Shown piece after piece: positions 27,966-41,444 of a DNA stretch of 64,000 bases. How positions within the stretch are numbered: position 1 is the stretch's first letter; each line of letters begins with the position of its first letter. Under the pieces are notes generated by a model, which was not told the DNA's origin, did not search any database, and saw nothing but the letters and a program-made list of their open reading frames with translations. A program made the translations under genes and the position numbers. Source of the DNA: Eledone cirrhosa (lineage: Eukaryota). The stretch covers positions 251,782,001-251,846,000 of the forward strand of contig OZ024741.1 of the NCBI GenBank assembly GCA_964016885.1, given 5' to 3'.

Positions 27966-28452
27966 CAACCTAGCCACATTGCAATCCTTGCACCATTACC
28001 TCCTTTTTTCTCTCAATCACTATCAAACATTCCCAGTAGCCACAAACAAGCATGGGTTTTGTTTTGGTTTCTCTCCCTATTTCTATGTCCTCCACCTCTC
28101 CCCGTACATCTAACTCCACCCCATCCCATTATCATAGTACCCCATACTTTCTGCTATCCAGCAGTAAGGCTGGATGTATCAACAATAATAATACGCCATG
28201 TGTGTTTGTATATTTATTTATAAATATCTTTGTAATTCTTTAAAATTGATGTACACAAACACACATACACACAAGATATTTTGTATCTCAGTTTCACTGC
28301 TACAATAAGAAGTTTGATTTTTAATCACAAAGTCTTCAATTCTACCCCTATATTCACCCCCAGCAAATAGTTATTTCTCAAAAGTTACTCATACATTTAA
28401 TCCTATATGTCATTTGTATATATTTATATACATATATATATATATATATATA

Positions 28453-28650
28453 GGTACGTTATTCCGGGTTGAATCGGAGGTAACCACAGTAAGTAAGGTA
28501 CTCAATACTTTGCAGAGTATACAAGTTTTAATATAGATGAGATTCTACAGGACTAGAACTGCTTCATTCTTTAGAAATCATCAGGAATCTCTGATTGATT
28601 CCTGATGATTTCTAAAGAATGAAACAGTTCTAGTCCTGTAGAATCTCATC

Positions 28651-28655
<5 letters not shown>
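28453..28655. mobile_element. Penelope-like pseudo-LTR fragment with 59-bp fold-back (28531-28589 and 28597-28655)
   Basis: Palindrome containing a hammerhead, bounded by (TA)n. Confidence 0.7.
28597..28645 (+). ncRNA. Type I hammerhead ribozyme motif
   Basis: gauuc CUGAUGA uuucuaaagaau GAAA cag uucuaguc cug UA gaauc: stem I 5 bp, stem III 4 bp, GUA site. Confidence 0.75.
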
Positions 28656-28684
<29 letters not shown>

Positions 28685-28686
<2 letters not shown>

Positions 28687-28990
28687 GAAGTGGTTACAGA
28701 ACAGTTAGTTCACCATACCGAGAACAATTGTTTCACCTTAACGGATCCTCACCTCGTAATGGACATGGTTATATGGAACAGGAAGGACAACCGTACGAAC
28801 GCGCGCATGTTCGTACAGTTGTCGTTCCTGTTCCATATAACCATGTCCATTACGTGCTGAGGATCTGCTAAGGTGAAACAATTGTTCTCGGTATGGTGAA
28901 CTAACTGTTGTGTAACCACTTCTACCTAACTCGTCCCATGGACTGAGTGCTCTACCACTACGGATATTACCTTCCAGTGTTCTACCACTA
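28685..28990. mobile_element. Penelope-like pseudo-LTR fold-back (~118-bp arms) with hammerhead
   Basis: Inverted repeat 28685-28802 and 28807-28924; partial second copy at 31260-31401. Confidence 0.7.
28853..28890 (+). ncRNA. Minimal type I hammerhead motif with palindromic stem III
   Basis: cg(a/u)g CUGAGGA uc(c/u)gcuaaggu GAAA caauug UU cucg. Confidence 0.65.
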
Positions 28991-29002
28991 TATTTATATC
29001 AA

Positions 29003-29389
29003 CATCATCATCATCATCATCAACGTTTAACGTCCGTGTTCCACGCTTGCATGGGTTTGGACGGGGGTTTTCCCACTTGAGGCAAGAGTGATTGTCTTGC
29101 TCGCATAGGACTGTCTGGCAGGTTTTCTACAGTTGGATGCCCTTCCTAACACCAACCACATTTACAGTGTGGGTCTGGGAGGTTTTTACCGTGTTGCCTA
29201 CACGGCCACATTACAGCGTGGACTGTGTGTTTTTTTGTCGTGACACCTACACGATCTCATTTGTTTCGGCCTGGATGGTGTGGCACCAACATAACTTTAC
29301 ATAGAAGGGGGCGGTGTGGATGGGGTGGTGGTGGTGGGACGGGGGTGTATTTTGTTAGAGATGCCTACTGACTGTAGTAGGTTTTACTA
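29003..29389 (-). mobile_element. RTE 3'-UTR-derived element
   Basis: Tandem near-copy of 29415-29795 with (GAT)n tail. Confidence 0.85.
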
Positions 29390-29414
29390 TGTATTTATAT
29401 ATATATATATATAT

Positions 29415-30982
29415 ATCATCATCATCATCATCATCGTTTAACATCCATCTTCCACGCTTGCATGGGTTTGGACGGGAGTTTTCCCACTTGAGGCAAGAGT
29501 GGTTGTCTTGCTCGCATAGGACTGTCTGGCGGGTTTTCTACGGCTGGATGCCCTTCCTAACACCAACCACGTTTACAGTGTGGACTGGGAGGTTTTTACC
29601 GTGTTACCTACACGGCCACATTACAGCGTGGACTGTGTGTTTTTTGTCGTGACACCTACACGATCTCATTTGTTTCGGACTAGATGTTGTGGTACCAACA
29701 TAACTTTACATTGAAACGGGTGGTGTGGATGGGGTGGGGGTAGTGGGACGGGGGTGTATTTTTGTTAGAGGTGCCTACTGACTGTAGTAGGTTTCTCTTT
29801 GTACTTAGGTAAGGCGGGTCTTCTGTATTACTGTGTAGCGCCAAAGATCTCGGTCCAGTGACATTGTCTTGGAGAGGTGTAAGTGTGTGAGGTCGGAATT
29901 TATCAAGTTGTCCCAGGTTCTTCTGGATCTGCCTACTCCGTGGCTACCGTCTATTTTTATTGCCCTGCACTTTTTTATACAGCTGTCGTCTTTCATGCGC
30001 ATCACGTGACCATACCAACGTAGTCTTCTCTCGAGTAAACAACATCTGATCCCTCTTATTTCTAATTTTTCCCTTAGTTCGTTTATGCTTTGCCGTTCAT
30101 GTATATTACTATTACACATCCAGCAGAGCATGCAAACTTCGTTCCTCTCCAGTCTGCGTATATCCTCAGCACACAATGCCCAGGTCTCACTGCCATGTAA
30201 CATTGCTGTTCGTATGCAGGCATCATACAGCCTGCCTTTCATTTATAGAGAGAACCCTTTAGTGGCTAATAGTGGTATAAGCTCTCTGACCTTTTTCCAT
30301 CCAGTTCTGACTCTAGCTACTGTACTTTCAGAGCACCCTCCACCACTGCTGATTTTGTCATCCAAGTAACAGAAGGTGTCCACTATTTCTATAGAACCAT
30401 CTGTGCAATGGAATGAGTTAGTATTCGGTGGGCACTTGCTGCTACTTATTGCACCAGAGCACCGGCCACATATAAAATCTATATTCTTAGTTAGCTTACC
30501 TGTGATCCCACTACATCTTTTATGCACCCATACTTTACATTTGGGACATAAAATGGAGTTTCTGCCTACTCCTTTCCTACACACTGAGCATGGTCATTTC
30601 CCGGATGGGACTAGTGCCCTATTTTCCTTCCTACAAACTAGAACTTTAGTCTTAGGCAGGTTAATTTTAAGGCCTTTTGATTCTAGGCCATGCTTCCATG
30701 TTTGGAATTTCTTCTCTAGTTCAGCCATTGATTCAGCTATAAGCGTTAGATCATCTACGTATAGGAGTTCCCATGGCAGCCGGTCTTGAACTCCTCTGTT
30801 ATAGCCTGAAGGGCAATAATAAATAGTAGGGGGCTAAGGACGGAGCCCTGATGAACGCCAACTTTTACGCTAAACTCTTCACTATATTCGTTGTTAATTC
30901 TAACCTTGCTGACTGTTTCTTTATACATGGCTTCTATAGCTCTCACAAGCCATTCATCAACACCTAGTTTTCTAAGGGCCCA
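29415..30982 (-). mobile_element. 5'-truncated RTE-clade LINE: RT pseudogene with PHD insertion (30982-29805) plus ~390-bp 3' UTR and (GAT)n tail
   Basis: VGVHQGSVLSPLLF, MLHGSETW, RRLRWYGHVMR; frameshift and stop present; stop codon at 29805 runs directly into the UTR. Confidence 0.92.
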
Positions 30983-31069
30983 AGTAAGTTGCAGTAAGTT
31001 GCGTAAGTTGCAGTAAGTATAGAAGTGTAGTACTTTTTATCATTATTATATATATACATATATATGTAT

Positions 31070-31243
31070 ATAACAAAGGAGTTGTGGTAAGGAACCAGAT
31101 GGACCATAATGCTCAAAGTACTCAATACTTAGGGTAGTAGAGTGCGTAATAGGAGAAAGTAAGACCCTGACGGCAGAGCTCAAGCCGTTTCGACGTCTCT
31201 TCTGGACTAAAGTCAGACTTTAGTCCAGAAATAGCCGTCGAAT
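31070..31243 (-). mobile_element. Penelope-like pseudo-LTR fragment with the 3' half of a hammerhead
   Basis: Minus strand: long hairpin, GAAA cggc..gccg UC; second copy at 39885-40064. Confidence 0.55.
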
Positions 31244-31259
31244 GATATTACATAATGAT

Positions 31260-31401
31260 ATTATGAACTGAGGATCCGCTAAGGTGAAACAATTGTTCTT
31301 GGTATGGTGAACTAACTGTTGTGTAACCACTTCTACCTAACTCGTCCCATGGACTGAGTGCTCTACCACTACAGATATTTCCTTCCAGTGTTCCATCACT
31401 A
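31260..31401 (+). mobile_element. Second copy of the 28850-28990 hammerhead-bearing element
   Basis: CTGAGGAtccgctaaggtGAAAcaattgTT at 31268. Confidence 0.75.
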
Positions 31402-31436
31402 TATATATATATATATATGACGTTTATTTGCCAATT

Positions 31437-31483
<47 letters not shown>

Positions 31484-31537
31484 TAATTGGTGTTGGATGC
31501 TTAAAGCAATAGGAAAATCTGCTTCGTAGAATCGAGA

Positions 31538-31628
31538 CATATCCGAGGACCGTGCCATTTCAGAGTCAGGTTTGATCACCATATCGATCGTGCCTCGAAC
31601 TGGTCGCCCGAGAAACAATTGTAATATA
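31538..31628 (+). ncRNA. Degenerate hammerhead motif with long stem II
   Basis: auau CCGAGGA ...62 nt... GAAA caauug UA auau; core U changed to C. Confidence 0.4.
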
Positions 31629-31768
31629 TCCAATAAATTCCTTTCGTCGCAACACTGATTCTCTTTTTTCTGTGATATATATATATATATATACACATAT
31701 ATATATACACATATATATATACACATATATATATACACATATATATATACACATATATATATACACAT

Positions 31769-32176
31769 ATGCTGTATGGGTCTGAGACTTGGACACTGAC
31801 CAAGAGACTCACTCAGATGGTGGATGGGTGCTACACGAGAATGCTGAGGATGGCTCTGAACATTAATCAGTATACACTGAGGATGAAAAACTCAGAGCTG
31901 TATGGGAGCATCCCAAAAGTCAGCTCAAAAGTGACACAGAGGAGACTGAGGTTGGCTGGACATGCTCACCGACATCCAGAGTTGACATTGCACTCAGTGC
32001 TCCTTTGGGAGCCCCTACATGGACACACTAGAAGAGGAAGACCAAGGTTAACATATGTTGATGCCCTAAGGACAGACACTGGTCTGTTGGAGATGCAGGA
32101 TATGGCAGCGATAATGAGGGACACAGACCGCTGGAGAGAACTCGTCCATGGATCTCGGGAATTTTACCCGCCTTAG
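31769..32176 (+). mobile_element. RTE-clade LINE C-terminal fragment, open for 135 aa
   Basis: LYGSETWTLTK..DGCYTRMLR..RRLRLAGH..RRGRPRLTYVD; TA-rich repeats on both sides. Confidence 0.88.
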
Positions 32177-32394
32177 ATAGATAGATATATACACATATAT
32201 ATATTAAGAATTGGCAAATAGACATCATAAGCCTGAGTCAATGAGGGAGCCTTTGCATGATCATGTGACCTGTTAGATAGAGAAGCCATGTTCCTCCAAA
32301 TCACATTCTGGTATTTTTATATAAGTATAGGTATGTTAGAAATAGATGTGGAGTGAGGTAATGTTTAGGATCCCAATCATTGTTACAACATAGT

Positions 32395-32608
32395 TACAAT
32401 ATTCATTGTGATATCATAGTTACCCACCCCCTTTCCTGTGGAGTACTATCAAAGTTACCCTATCTATAATGATATAGTTAGTTAATTCACTGTAATATTG
32501 CAGCATAGTTACTACATAAATACTCCATTCAATTTTGATACCAATACAACATTCACTGTGACTGGAAGCTCACACTCAATGGAGTAACTATGATATCACA
32601 CAGAATGT
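32395..32608. mobile_element. Old MITE-like inverted repeat
   Basis: tgtgatatcatagttac / gtaactatgatatcaca. Confidence 0.45.
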
Positions 32609-32984
32609 CCATCATCATCATCATCATCATTACCAACATAATTTTTACATCTGCTTTTCCATGTGGCATGGGTTAGACAAGTTGTTACAGACCAAGTCAT
32701 CACTTAATCAGAGATTCTGTTTTGTAAATAGTCTAAAGGACAAGATCTCACACGAATTCCAGTTTTAGTCTAGTTTCTACAAGCTGGAGGCTCTTTTTAA
32801 TGCTCACCATTTTACAGAGTATGCTTGGTGCATTTCATCATGGCACCAGCACTAGGGAGGTTTTCATGTCCTTTATGTTACTGAAGAGTTCTATCTATTC
32901 TATGTTGTTGCCAGACAAATGCCAACGATTTCATGGAGTGTATTGAGTGCATTTTATAATGGCACCAACACTAGGGTTCCTTGA

Positions 32985-33160
32985 GGAGGTGGAAGCAGAA
33001 CAAAAGTTGCTGAGGATAGTCAGAAGACAAAACTTATGGTATTTTGGTCATACTAACAGGGCCAAGAACCTCTGCACCTTCGGGCTGGGTGAAAATAAAT
33101 TGGGCTCGCAGGTGATAGAAATGAAGACTAAGTGATGGCATAAAGAAGTGGAGAGGGACG
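32985..33160 (+). mobile_element. Decayed RTE fragment
   Basis: LLRIVRRQNLWYFGHTNR. Confidence 0.55.
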
Positions 33161-33264
33161 ACCCTGTGTACAGCTTCAGCCCAACACTGCAATGTATGGA
33201 GAAGAGTGGTGTTTGTGTCTGAGGAGCATTATCATCTGGGCATGCTTATTGCAGAACAGGTGAT

Positions 33265-33520
33265 GCATTGTGCTTCAACAAGACACTTCATTTCATGTTG
33301 CTCTAGTTTACTCAGCTGTAAAAATGAGTTGAGACATCACTGGTGCCAAGTTGTATTGGCCATTGCCTTTTCCTAGGACAACATCGGTGGTGTGGAGAGG
33401 GGAGAGTGGTATGCATGGGCGACTGCCTGTCTTCCACAAACAACCTTGCCTTGAGTTGTACTTCAGAGGAGAACTTTCTAGATGCAAATCCCATGGTCAT
33501 TCGTGACTGAAGGTGGTCTT
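33265..33520 (+). mobile_element. CORE-like SINE with a different 3' tail
   Basis: caagacacttcatttcatgttgctctagtttactcagctgtaaaaatgag shared with SINE B. Confidence 0.6.
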
Positions 33521-34429
33521 TCTAAATACATAGAACTGTTTGCCAACATGCTTTACTATTTGAAAACATACACATTCAACTGTATATTTACATATACTCA
33601 TGCAACTGTACATACTCATATAGACAACTGTAGGCAAATACTCACACACACACACACACACACACACAAATGGGTGTACACGCATACACACAAAGACTTA
33701 CATAGAAGTATCTGTCAAATTACACAAAAATATAGTCTTTTGCTCATGAAGATGATGATGATGACATTGATGATGATGATGAGGGTGATAATAATGCTGT
33801 TGATGATTGTCATAAAGATGGTGATGGTGATGGTAATGATGATAATGATGATGGTGGTGATGGTGGTGATGATGATGGCAACAGTAATGATGATGTTGAA
33901 AGTGGTGATGATAATTATGGTCATAATGAAGCTGGTGCTGACAATGACAATGATTATGACAATGATGTTGTTATTAGTGGCAGTGGTGGCACTAGTGAAA
34001 GTGATGATGTTGATAGTGATGCTGATGATGATAATGGTGATGAAGATGCTAGTAATTGTCAAATTGGTTTTAGTGACACTGGTGGTGGTAGTGGTGGTGG
34101 TGGCAGTGAATACCTCCATGTTAGTGATGGACAATAAATTTCTGTGCAACATTTCCTAGATAAGCTTCAGAAGTTCCACAACCATCAACTACCACCCACT
34201 GTAACTTCAATAAGTTTTTTATGACACCACCACACCACCATCAACACCACTACCATCTAACCACCACACCACTATCAACATCACTGCCATCTAACCACCA
34301 CACCACCATCAACATCACTACCATCTACCCCCCCCCCCCCCCAAACACACACAACATACCACCACTACCCCCCCCCCCCCCCTCATGCAACATAACACAA
34401 CTACCACCACCACCACCACCACCACCACC

Positions 34430-35175
34430 ACGACCACATTTAGCACCATTCCCACCCTCTCTTCTTCAACCTCACACCTCCACCACCACCACCACCACCA
34501 CCACCACATTTAACACCACTCCCACCCTCTCTTCATCCTCACACTTCCACCACCACATTTAGCACCACTCCCACCCTCTCTTCTTTAACCTCACACCTCC
34601 ACCACCAGCACCAGCACCAGCACCACCACAACCAGCACCACCACTTCCACCCTCTCTTCTTCAACCTCACCCCTCCACCACCAGCACCACCACCACTACC
34701 ACCACCACTCCCACCCTCTCTTCTTCAACCTCACACTTCCACCACCACCACCACCACCACCACCACCACATTTAACACCACCCCACCCTCTCTTCTTCAA
34801 CCTCACACCTCCACCACCAGCACCACCACCACATTTAACACCACTCCCACCCTCTCTTCTTCAACCTCACACCTCCACCACCACCACCACCACCACTCCC
34901 ACCCTCTCTTCTTCAACCTCACACCTCCACCACCACCACCACCACCACTACCACCACCACTCCCACCCTCTCTTCTTCAACCTCACACTTCCACCATCAC
35001 CACCACCACCGCTACCACCACCACTCCCACCCTCTCTTCTTCAACCTCACACCTCCACCACGACTACCACCGCCACTCCCACCCTCTCTTCTTCAACCTC
35101 ACACCTCCACCACCAGCACCACCACGACTACCACCACCACTCCCACCCTCTCTGCTTCAACCTCACCCCTCCACA
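34430..35175. repeat. ~55-65-bp C-rich minisatellite, ~12 units
   Basis: ccactcccaccctctcttcttcaacctcacacctcc(acc)n. Confidence 0.92.
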
Positions 35176-35696
35176 CTGTTTCTCAAAACACTTAATATGT
35201 GATTTATGTATGTGCTGAATTTGTTCAGTAAACTTATCATTTCTCTAATCAAGTGTGGCAGATATTTTAGGGGGAAAGGAGCCGCCACTCCTACCCACCC
35301 TCATTGACAATACTACATACATATATACACATATATACATACATACACACATACAAATACACATACATACAAACACATAAATACATACATACAAACAGAC
35401 ACACACATACTTACAAACAGACACACACATACTTACATACAAACATAAATACATACAGACGCACATGAATACATACATAAGTACATACATAAACGCATAC
35501 ATACATATATATATATCATCATCATCATTATCATCATTTTAAGTCTATTTTCTAAGCTAGACATAAAATAGTAAAGATGATATATATATATATATATATA
35601 TATGCTTTATGTAGACCTGTCCAGTCCTTGCAAGTAGACAAAGCGGATGTTAAAACAAAGATGATGATGATGTATATATATGTATACACACACACT

Positions 35697-35729
<33 letters not shown>

Positions 35730-37030
35730 GCAACATACACACACACACATGTATATAAATATGGCAGCCACATCGAATAAACTAAGTAGACAATGGAAAA
35801 TATCTAAAATTTTACTAATATTGGTCCGTTTCCACTGGATTTGTAAACCCTCCTCCTATTTTTCTTCTTCTTCTCCTCCATTTCTATCTCTTTATGCTAA
35901 TTACACCAATTGTAGGTCTACATATGAATCCAGCACCCCCCCCCCTTATATCCAAGATAAATAACTCCATTGGTTTCTATGTGTAAGCCCCACAGATCCC
36001 TAATTCTGACTATTAATCCCCTTTTCCCAGAACCCTTTTATAAGATATATTGTCACTTTGCTTTCTTTCCCCTATTATCGAATCCCACACAAAATCCCCA
36101 TCCTCTATAGTAATATGTATGATCAATATTCCATCTGGCTACCATTCTTGAACGTTAGCAGAAGATATTTGTTTTGTTTTGTTATCTAGGGAGAAATTGA
36201 AGTTGTGGAAGAGATGTTGTGACAATAATGCCCTTTTTTAATTGTATTTCATTGTATTCATTATTTAAATAAAACAATTAACCTAACTGCCACCACCACC
36301 ACCACCACCACTACTTCTACCACTATTGCTTCTATCTCATTGCAAATTAAACCTTTCATCGTTATTTTTATCATTGTCCTTTTACAACTTTCTCCAGACC
36401 AACATGAGTTGAACATGACTTTTCCACAACAGCTTCAGTTCACTCATTTGTTTTTCCAGATCTGTAGAGGTTAGGTGTGGAAGTGTCTTTAACAGAACAG
36501 CTTCCCTTCACTTTTCCGTCTTCTAGACCTGCAGGGGCTGAATGTGGATGTGTCTTTGACAGAACCCCTTCCCTCTAATCATTTGTGTTCCAGACCTGAT
36601 CAGCTTTGATCCAGAAGAAATAGGATTAAGAATGTTCTAGCTAAGCCCTGCTTAGTCACAGGTTTGCTTTAATCCAGAAGACACAATTAAAATGTTCCAG
36701 CCATAGCCATCCTACCTTTTATTCAGGCATAGTGTATCTAAAACAACAAAAATGCCCAAATATTTATCACAACAATTTTTAGTTCTAAGAAAGGATTGAC
36801 CTCCAGTTTTGCTATTGTTGTTGTTAATCAATTAAATCAACCCCAAGTGCATTAGTGTTACTTTATTTTATTTATCCCATAAGGATGAAAGACAAAGCTA
36901 ATCTTAGTGGGATTAGAACTCAGGATGTAAAGGGCCATGACTCTATTCTGCAAAGTATGTTGTCAACTAGACTTTAATACAGAAACCAGGGATCATATGT
37001 TAATCCATCATCACTCAGTTTAAACATCCC

Positions 37031-37063
<33 letters not shown>

Positions 37064-37414
37064 TGACCCTTACATATCTTTAACAGAGGCAATGTTGTGG
37101 GTATTTTTGACCAGATCTTTGGTTAAGCCAAAACGAACACAGAGTGATTAAGACATTTTTACCCCTTCCACATGGATTCTCAAATCTTTGACAAATTTAA
37201 AGCTCGTTCTATCTTGTATCTGTCATTGGTGGAATATTTGCTAATCTTTTCTTCTACAATTCTATGGGAGTAAATTCTTAGGAAATATTTGCAGTAGGGA
37301 TTAGTGACTTCTTTTTGGTTATGGGCTGTGTTCATAAGTAAAACAATTTAACAATACTGTCAGCCAAAAACGAGTACCATTATGTGTAAGTGGCTTAGCA
37401 TTCCACAGACACAT

Positions 37415-37860
37415 ATGGACTCTTCAGCTGTGTCAAATACATGACAACCTCCCTCCTAAGGTTAGTGCCAGTGGGGGTTAGGAGGATTCTTCAGCTGTGT
37501 CAAAAACATGACAACCTCCCTCCTAAGTTTAGTGCCAGTGGGAATTAGGAGGATTCTTGAGCTGTGTCTCAAAGACATGACAACCTCCCTAAAGCTGGTG
37601 TCACAATTAAAATGACTCAATAGCTGTGTCAAAGATATGTCAACCCCTCTAGAGCTGGTACCATATTAAAGAGAAGACTCTTCAGCTTTGTCAAAGACAT
37701 GACAAACGCCCTAGGGCTGGTGTCACAATAAAAGGACTCAGTAGCTGTGTTAAAGACATAACAACCTCCTTAGGGTTGATACCACAATGAAAGGAGGACT
37801 GTTTAATTGTCAAAGACATAACACCTCTCTAGTGCTGGTGCCATGATAAAACTCACTCGG
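37415..37860. repeat. Diverged ~60-bp tandem repeat (~7 units), SINE-internal type
   Basis: cagctgtgtcaaagacatgacaacctccc..ggtgtcacaataaaa; related units at 52480-52740. Confidence 0.75.
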
Positions 37861-39246
37861 TAGAGAGTAAGATTATATGTAAACAAGTTGTGGGCTGCTG
37901 ACTTGTCTAAGCACTCAGTAGAGTACAGGAACATATGTAAGAAACATACAGAACCCAGGCCCATCTGTGACACCAGTAGCTCTAGTTGAGTACTGATTCA
38001 CCCGACCTTTGTTGTCAGAGCAGACATAAATGATGATAATGATGGGGGTTCTGATTTGAGAGAAATTCAACTGGTATATCTGGTATGACTATGTAAAGGA
38101 TCTCTTGTCAGTTCATCTACATGAATGTAGTAAGAATACTTCAATACTTCAAGAACTGGAGTGAAAGGAAATAGTGTGTATTAGTAAGATTGGATTGTTG
38201 GAAGTCCTCTGACCAATCATAAGTTAAAGAATCTGATTGAGGTTAGCAAAGAAGGAGGAGTGGCTTGGTCTGTTAATGTTATTCTGACTTTGGTATCTGT
38301 GACAATGCCATGGTCAAAGCAACCCTTTTCTCTCTCTCCCTCCGTACCTCCCTCCTTTCATATACTATTGCTATTAAGGCACTATACCCTCCCCCACTCT
38401 ACCACTACCTGCCTACCTACCATCTCCACCAAACCTGTCAATTTTTCAGAACATTATTTGGCAGTATCCTTCTACAAGCAGGCTGTTGTTTCTATAGAAA
38501 CAGCAAATTACATGCAAAATTCCCCGATGCCACTCATATGTATGATAATCAAGGATACGTCAAACCTCATGGACAATATACACAATATCAATTATCAAGC
38601 ATGGAACTAGCATTAAATATAAGACTTCAGCATTTGTACGATTTTCCTCAAATCTTATGATTGGTTGGTTTATTCATGTGGACCAAAACTCCCTAATATT
38701 TAGCTTTATTATATGTAATGTATATATATTCACATATATATATTATATAACTATATATATATATTTACATGTACATAATATATAGCTACATATATAGCTA
38801 CATATATATATATATATATATTCCCATATACGTAATTTTATAGCTACATATATATATATATATATTTATTTATTCCCATATACATATTATATAGCTACAG
38901 ATATATATATATATATTCCCATATACATATTATATAGCTATATATACATATATATTCCCATATACATATTATATAGCTACACATATATATATATATATTC
39001 CCATATACATATTATATAACTACATATATATATGTATTCCCATATACATATAACTATATATACATATATTATATAACTATATATAAATAAGCAAATAAAT
39101 ATATATATATATATAAACATTTTTATTTATTTACAAATGAAACAAAGGGTAGTGAATATACAATGAAGAGTTTACACTTGTTAGGAATAAGTTGATTCAC
39201 TTAATTGCTACTCAGAGTTTTGTGCCATACATACACTCACACAAAC

Positions 39247-39277
<31 letters not shown>

Positions 39278-39367
39278 TTTGAAAATGGAGTAAGGTTCTA
39301 GACAAAACAGGGATTATAGAGAAAAAGTGGAATTAGAAATTAAAAGAATTGTTCCTCTCATTTTTTC

Positions 39368-39560
39368 AATAACTGTTTCTACTTTTAGCACAAGGCCAGC
39401 AATTATCTCAGTACATTACTGGTACTTTATTATATCGACCCCATAAGGATGAAAGGCAAAGTTAACCTCAGCGGGATTTGAACTCAGAATGGCAAGGGCC
39501 GTAACTCTATGCTGCAAAGCATGGCGTCCGACCCTCTACCGATACTGCCAATCCACCGCC
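39368..39560 (-). mobile_element. SINE family A, full length
   Basis: Reverse complement match to the family. Confidence 0.9.
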
Positions 39561-39675
39561 ATTTTTTCAATAATGTCACTTTAACGAATCAAAGACGAAA
39601 AAAAAAGAAAAACAGATCCTTAAATACATTTTCCGGGCTATTTCTAATATCAACCTCTCTCTCTCACTCTCTCTG

Positions 39676-39787
<112 letters not shown>

Positions 39788-39850
39788 TATACATATATAT
39801 ATATATATATACATATATATATACATACATATATATATATACATATATAT

Positions 39851-39883
<33 letters not shown>

Positions 39884-39884
39884 C

Positions 39885-40061
39885 ATAACGATGTGTTAAG
39901 GAACCAGATGGACCATAACTCACCAAAGTACTCAATACTTAGGGTAGTAGAGTGGGTAATAGGAACGAGTAGGACCCCGACGGCTGAGCTCAAGCCGTTT
40001 CGACGGCTAATTCTGGACTAAATGAAAATTAAATTTTCAGCGTCGGGGTCCTACTCGTTCC

Positions 40062-40064
<3 letters not shown>
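39885..40064 (-). mobile_element. Penelope-like pseudo-LTR fragment with 24-bp fold-back
   Basis: Homologous to 31070-31243; ataggaacgagtaggaccccgacg / cgtcggggtcctactcgttcctat. Confidence 0.6.
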
Positions 40065-40098
<34 letters not shown>

Positions 40099-40550
40099 AA
40101 ATATCTATATAAACACACACATATATATATATATATTGTTAGAAAATATGAAATTGTTAAATTGTTATCCACAAATGCACGCACTCACGCGCACACACAC
40201 ACACTCTCACACAGACACATAAATATATTAATAATGCTGTATAAATAATATATATAGTTTTTAGTGTGTGGGTGTCATGGTTGTCTCCAAACAAGAAGTC
40301 CATAGGAACAGCCCCCACCACTACCTCTTTCAGACCAAACCTTATATTATATATATATAAATATATATAAATATATACATATACACACACACACATATAT
40401 ATATGTATATATATAAATATACATATATACACACACACACATATATATCTATCTATATATATATATATATATATATATACATACACATATATATACACAC
40501 ACACACACATACACTTATATATCTATCTATCTATCTATATATACATATAT

Positions 40551-40621
<71 letters not shown>

Positions 40622-40652
40622 TAGATAGATAGAGAGGTAGATAGAGCACCAA

Positions 40653-40688
<36 letters not shown>

Positions 40689-40691
<3 letters not shown>

Positions 40692-41066
40692 TCATCATCA
40701 TCATCATCATCGTTTAACGTCCATCTTCCACGCTAGCATGGGTTTGGATGGGAGTTTTCCCACTTGAGGCAAGATTGGTTGTCTTGCTCGCATAGGACTA
40801 TCTGGTAGGTTTTCTACGGCTGGATGCCCTTCCTAACACCAACCACATTTCAGTGTGGAACTGGGAGGTTTTTACCGTGTTAACTACACGGCCACATTAC
40901 AGCGTGGACTGTCTGGCGGGTTTTCTACAGCTGGATGCCCTTCCTAACACCAACCACATTTAAAGTGTGGAACTGGGAGGTTTTTACCGTATTACCTACA
41001 CGGCCACATTACAGTGTGGACTGTGTATTTTTTTTTGTTGTGACACCTACACGCCCGCATTTGTTT
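40689..41066 (-). mobile_element. RTE 3'-UTR-derived element with the same internal duplication as the 12220 copy
   Basis: ctggatgcccttcctaacaccaaccacattt occurs twice. Confidence 0.85.
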
Positions 41067-41380
41067 CTATATATATATATATATACACACACACACATAT
41101 GTATATACACACACACACATATATATATATATTTATTTATTTATGAATATGACAACCAAATACAACACCATGAGTTCAATACTGACATGAAGATATTTTA
41201 TATTGCAGAATGCCATGAACATCCCAACATCCCTTTTTACCCTCATTTGATATTTTGTTTTGTTCCTTCCTTGCTTCTGTCTTATATGAAGCTAGGCCCC
41301 TTGTTTCCTCAGACCAATATAAATCAATAAGTTGCTATATAGCCTAAATAAACACATATTAGCAGTGTGTACAGTTGGCT

Positions 41381-41444
<64 letters not shown>

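Noticed and set aside
26838-28223. Ser/Gly/Val/Asn-rich ORFs
   Set aside because: Triplet microsatellites with no coding signature.
38260-38660. Two overlapping 116-aa ORFs
   Set aside because: No recognisable domain; possibly an old retroelement remnant but not supportable.
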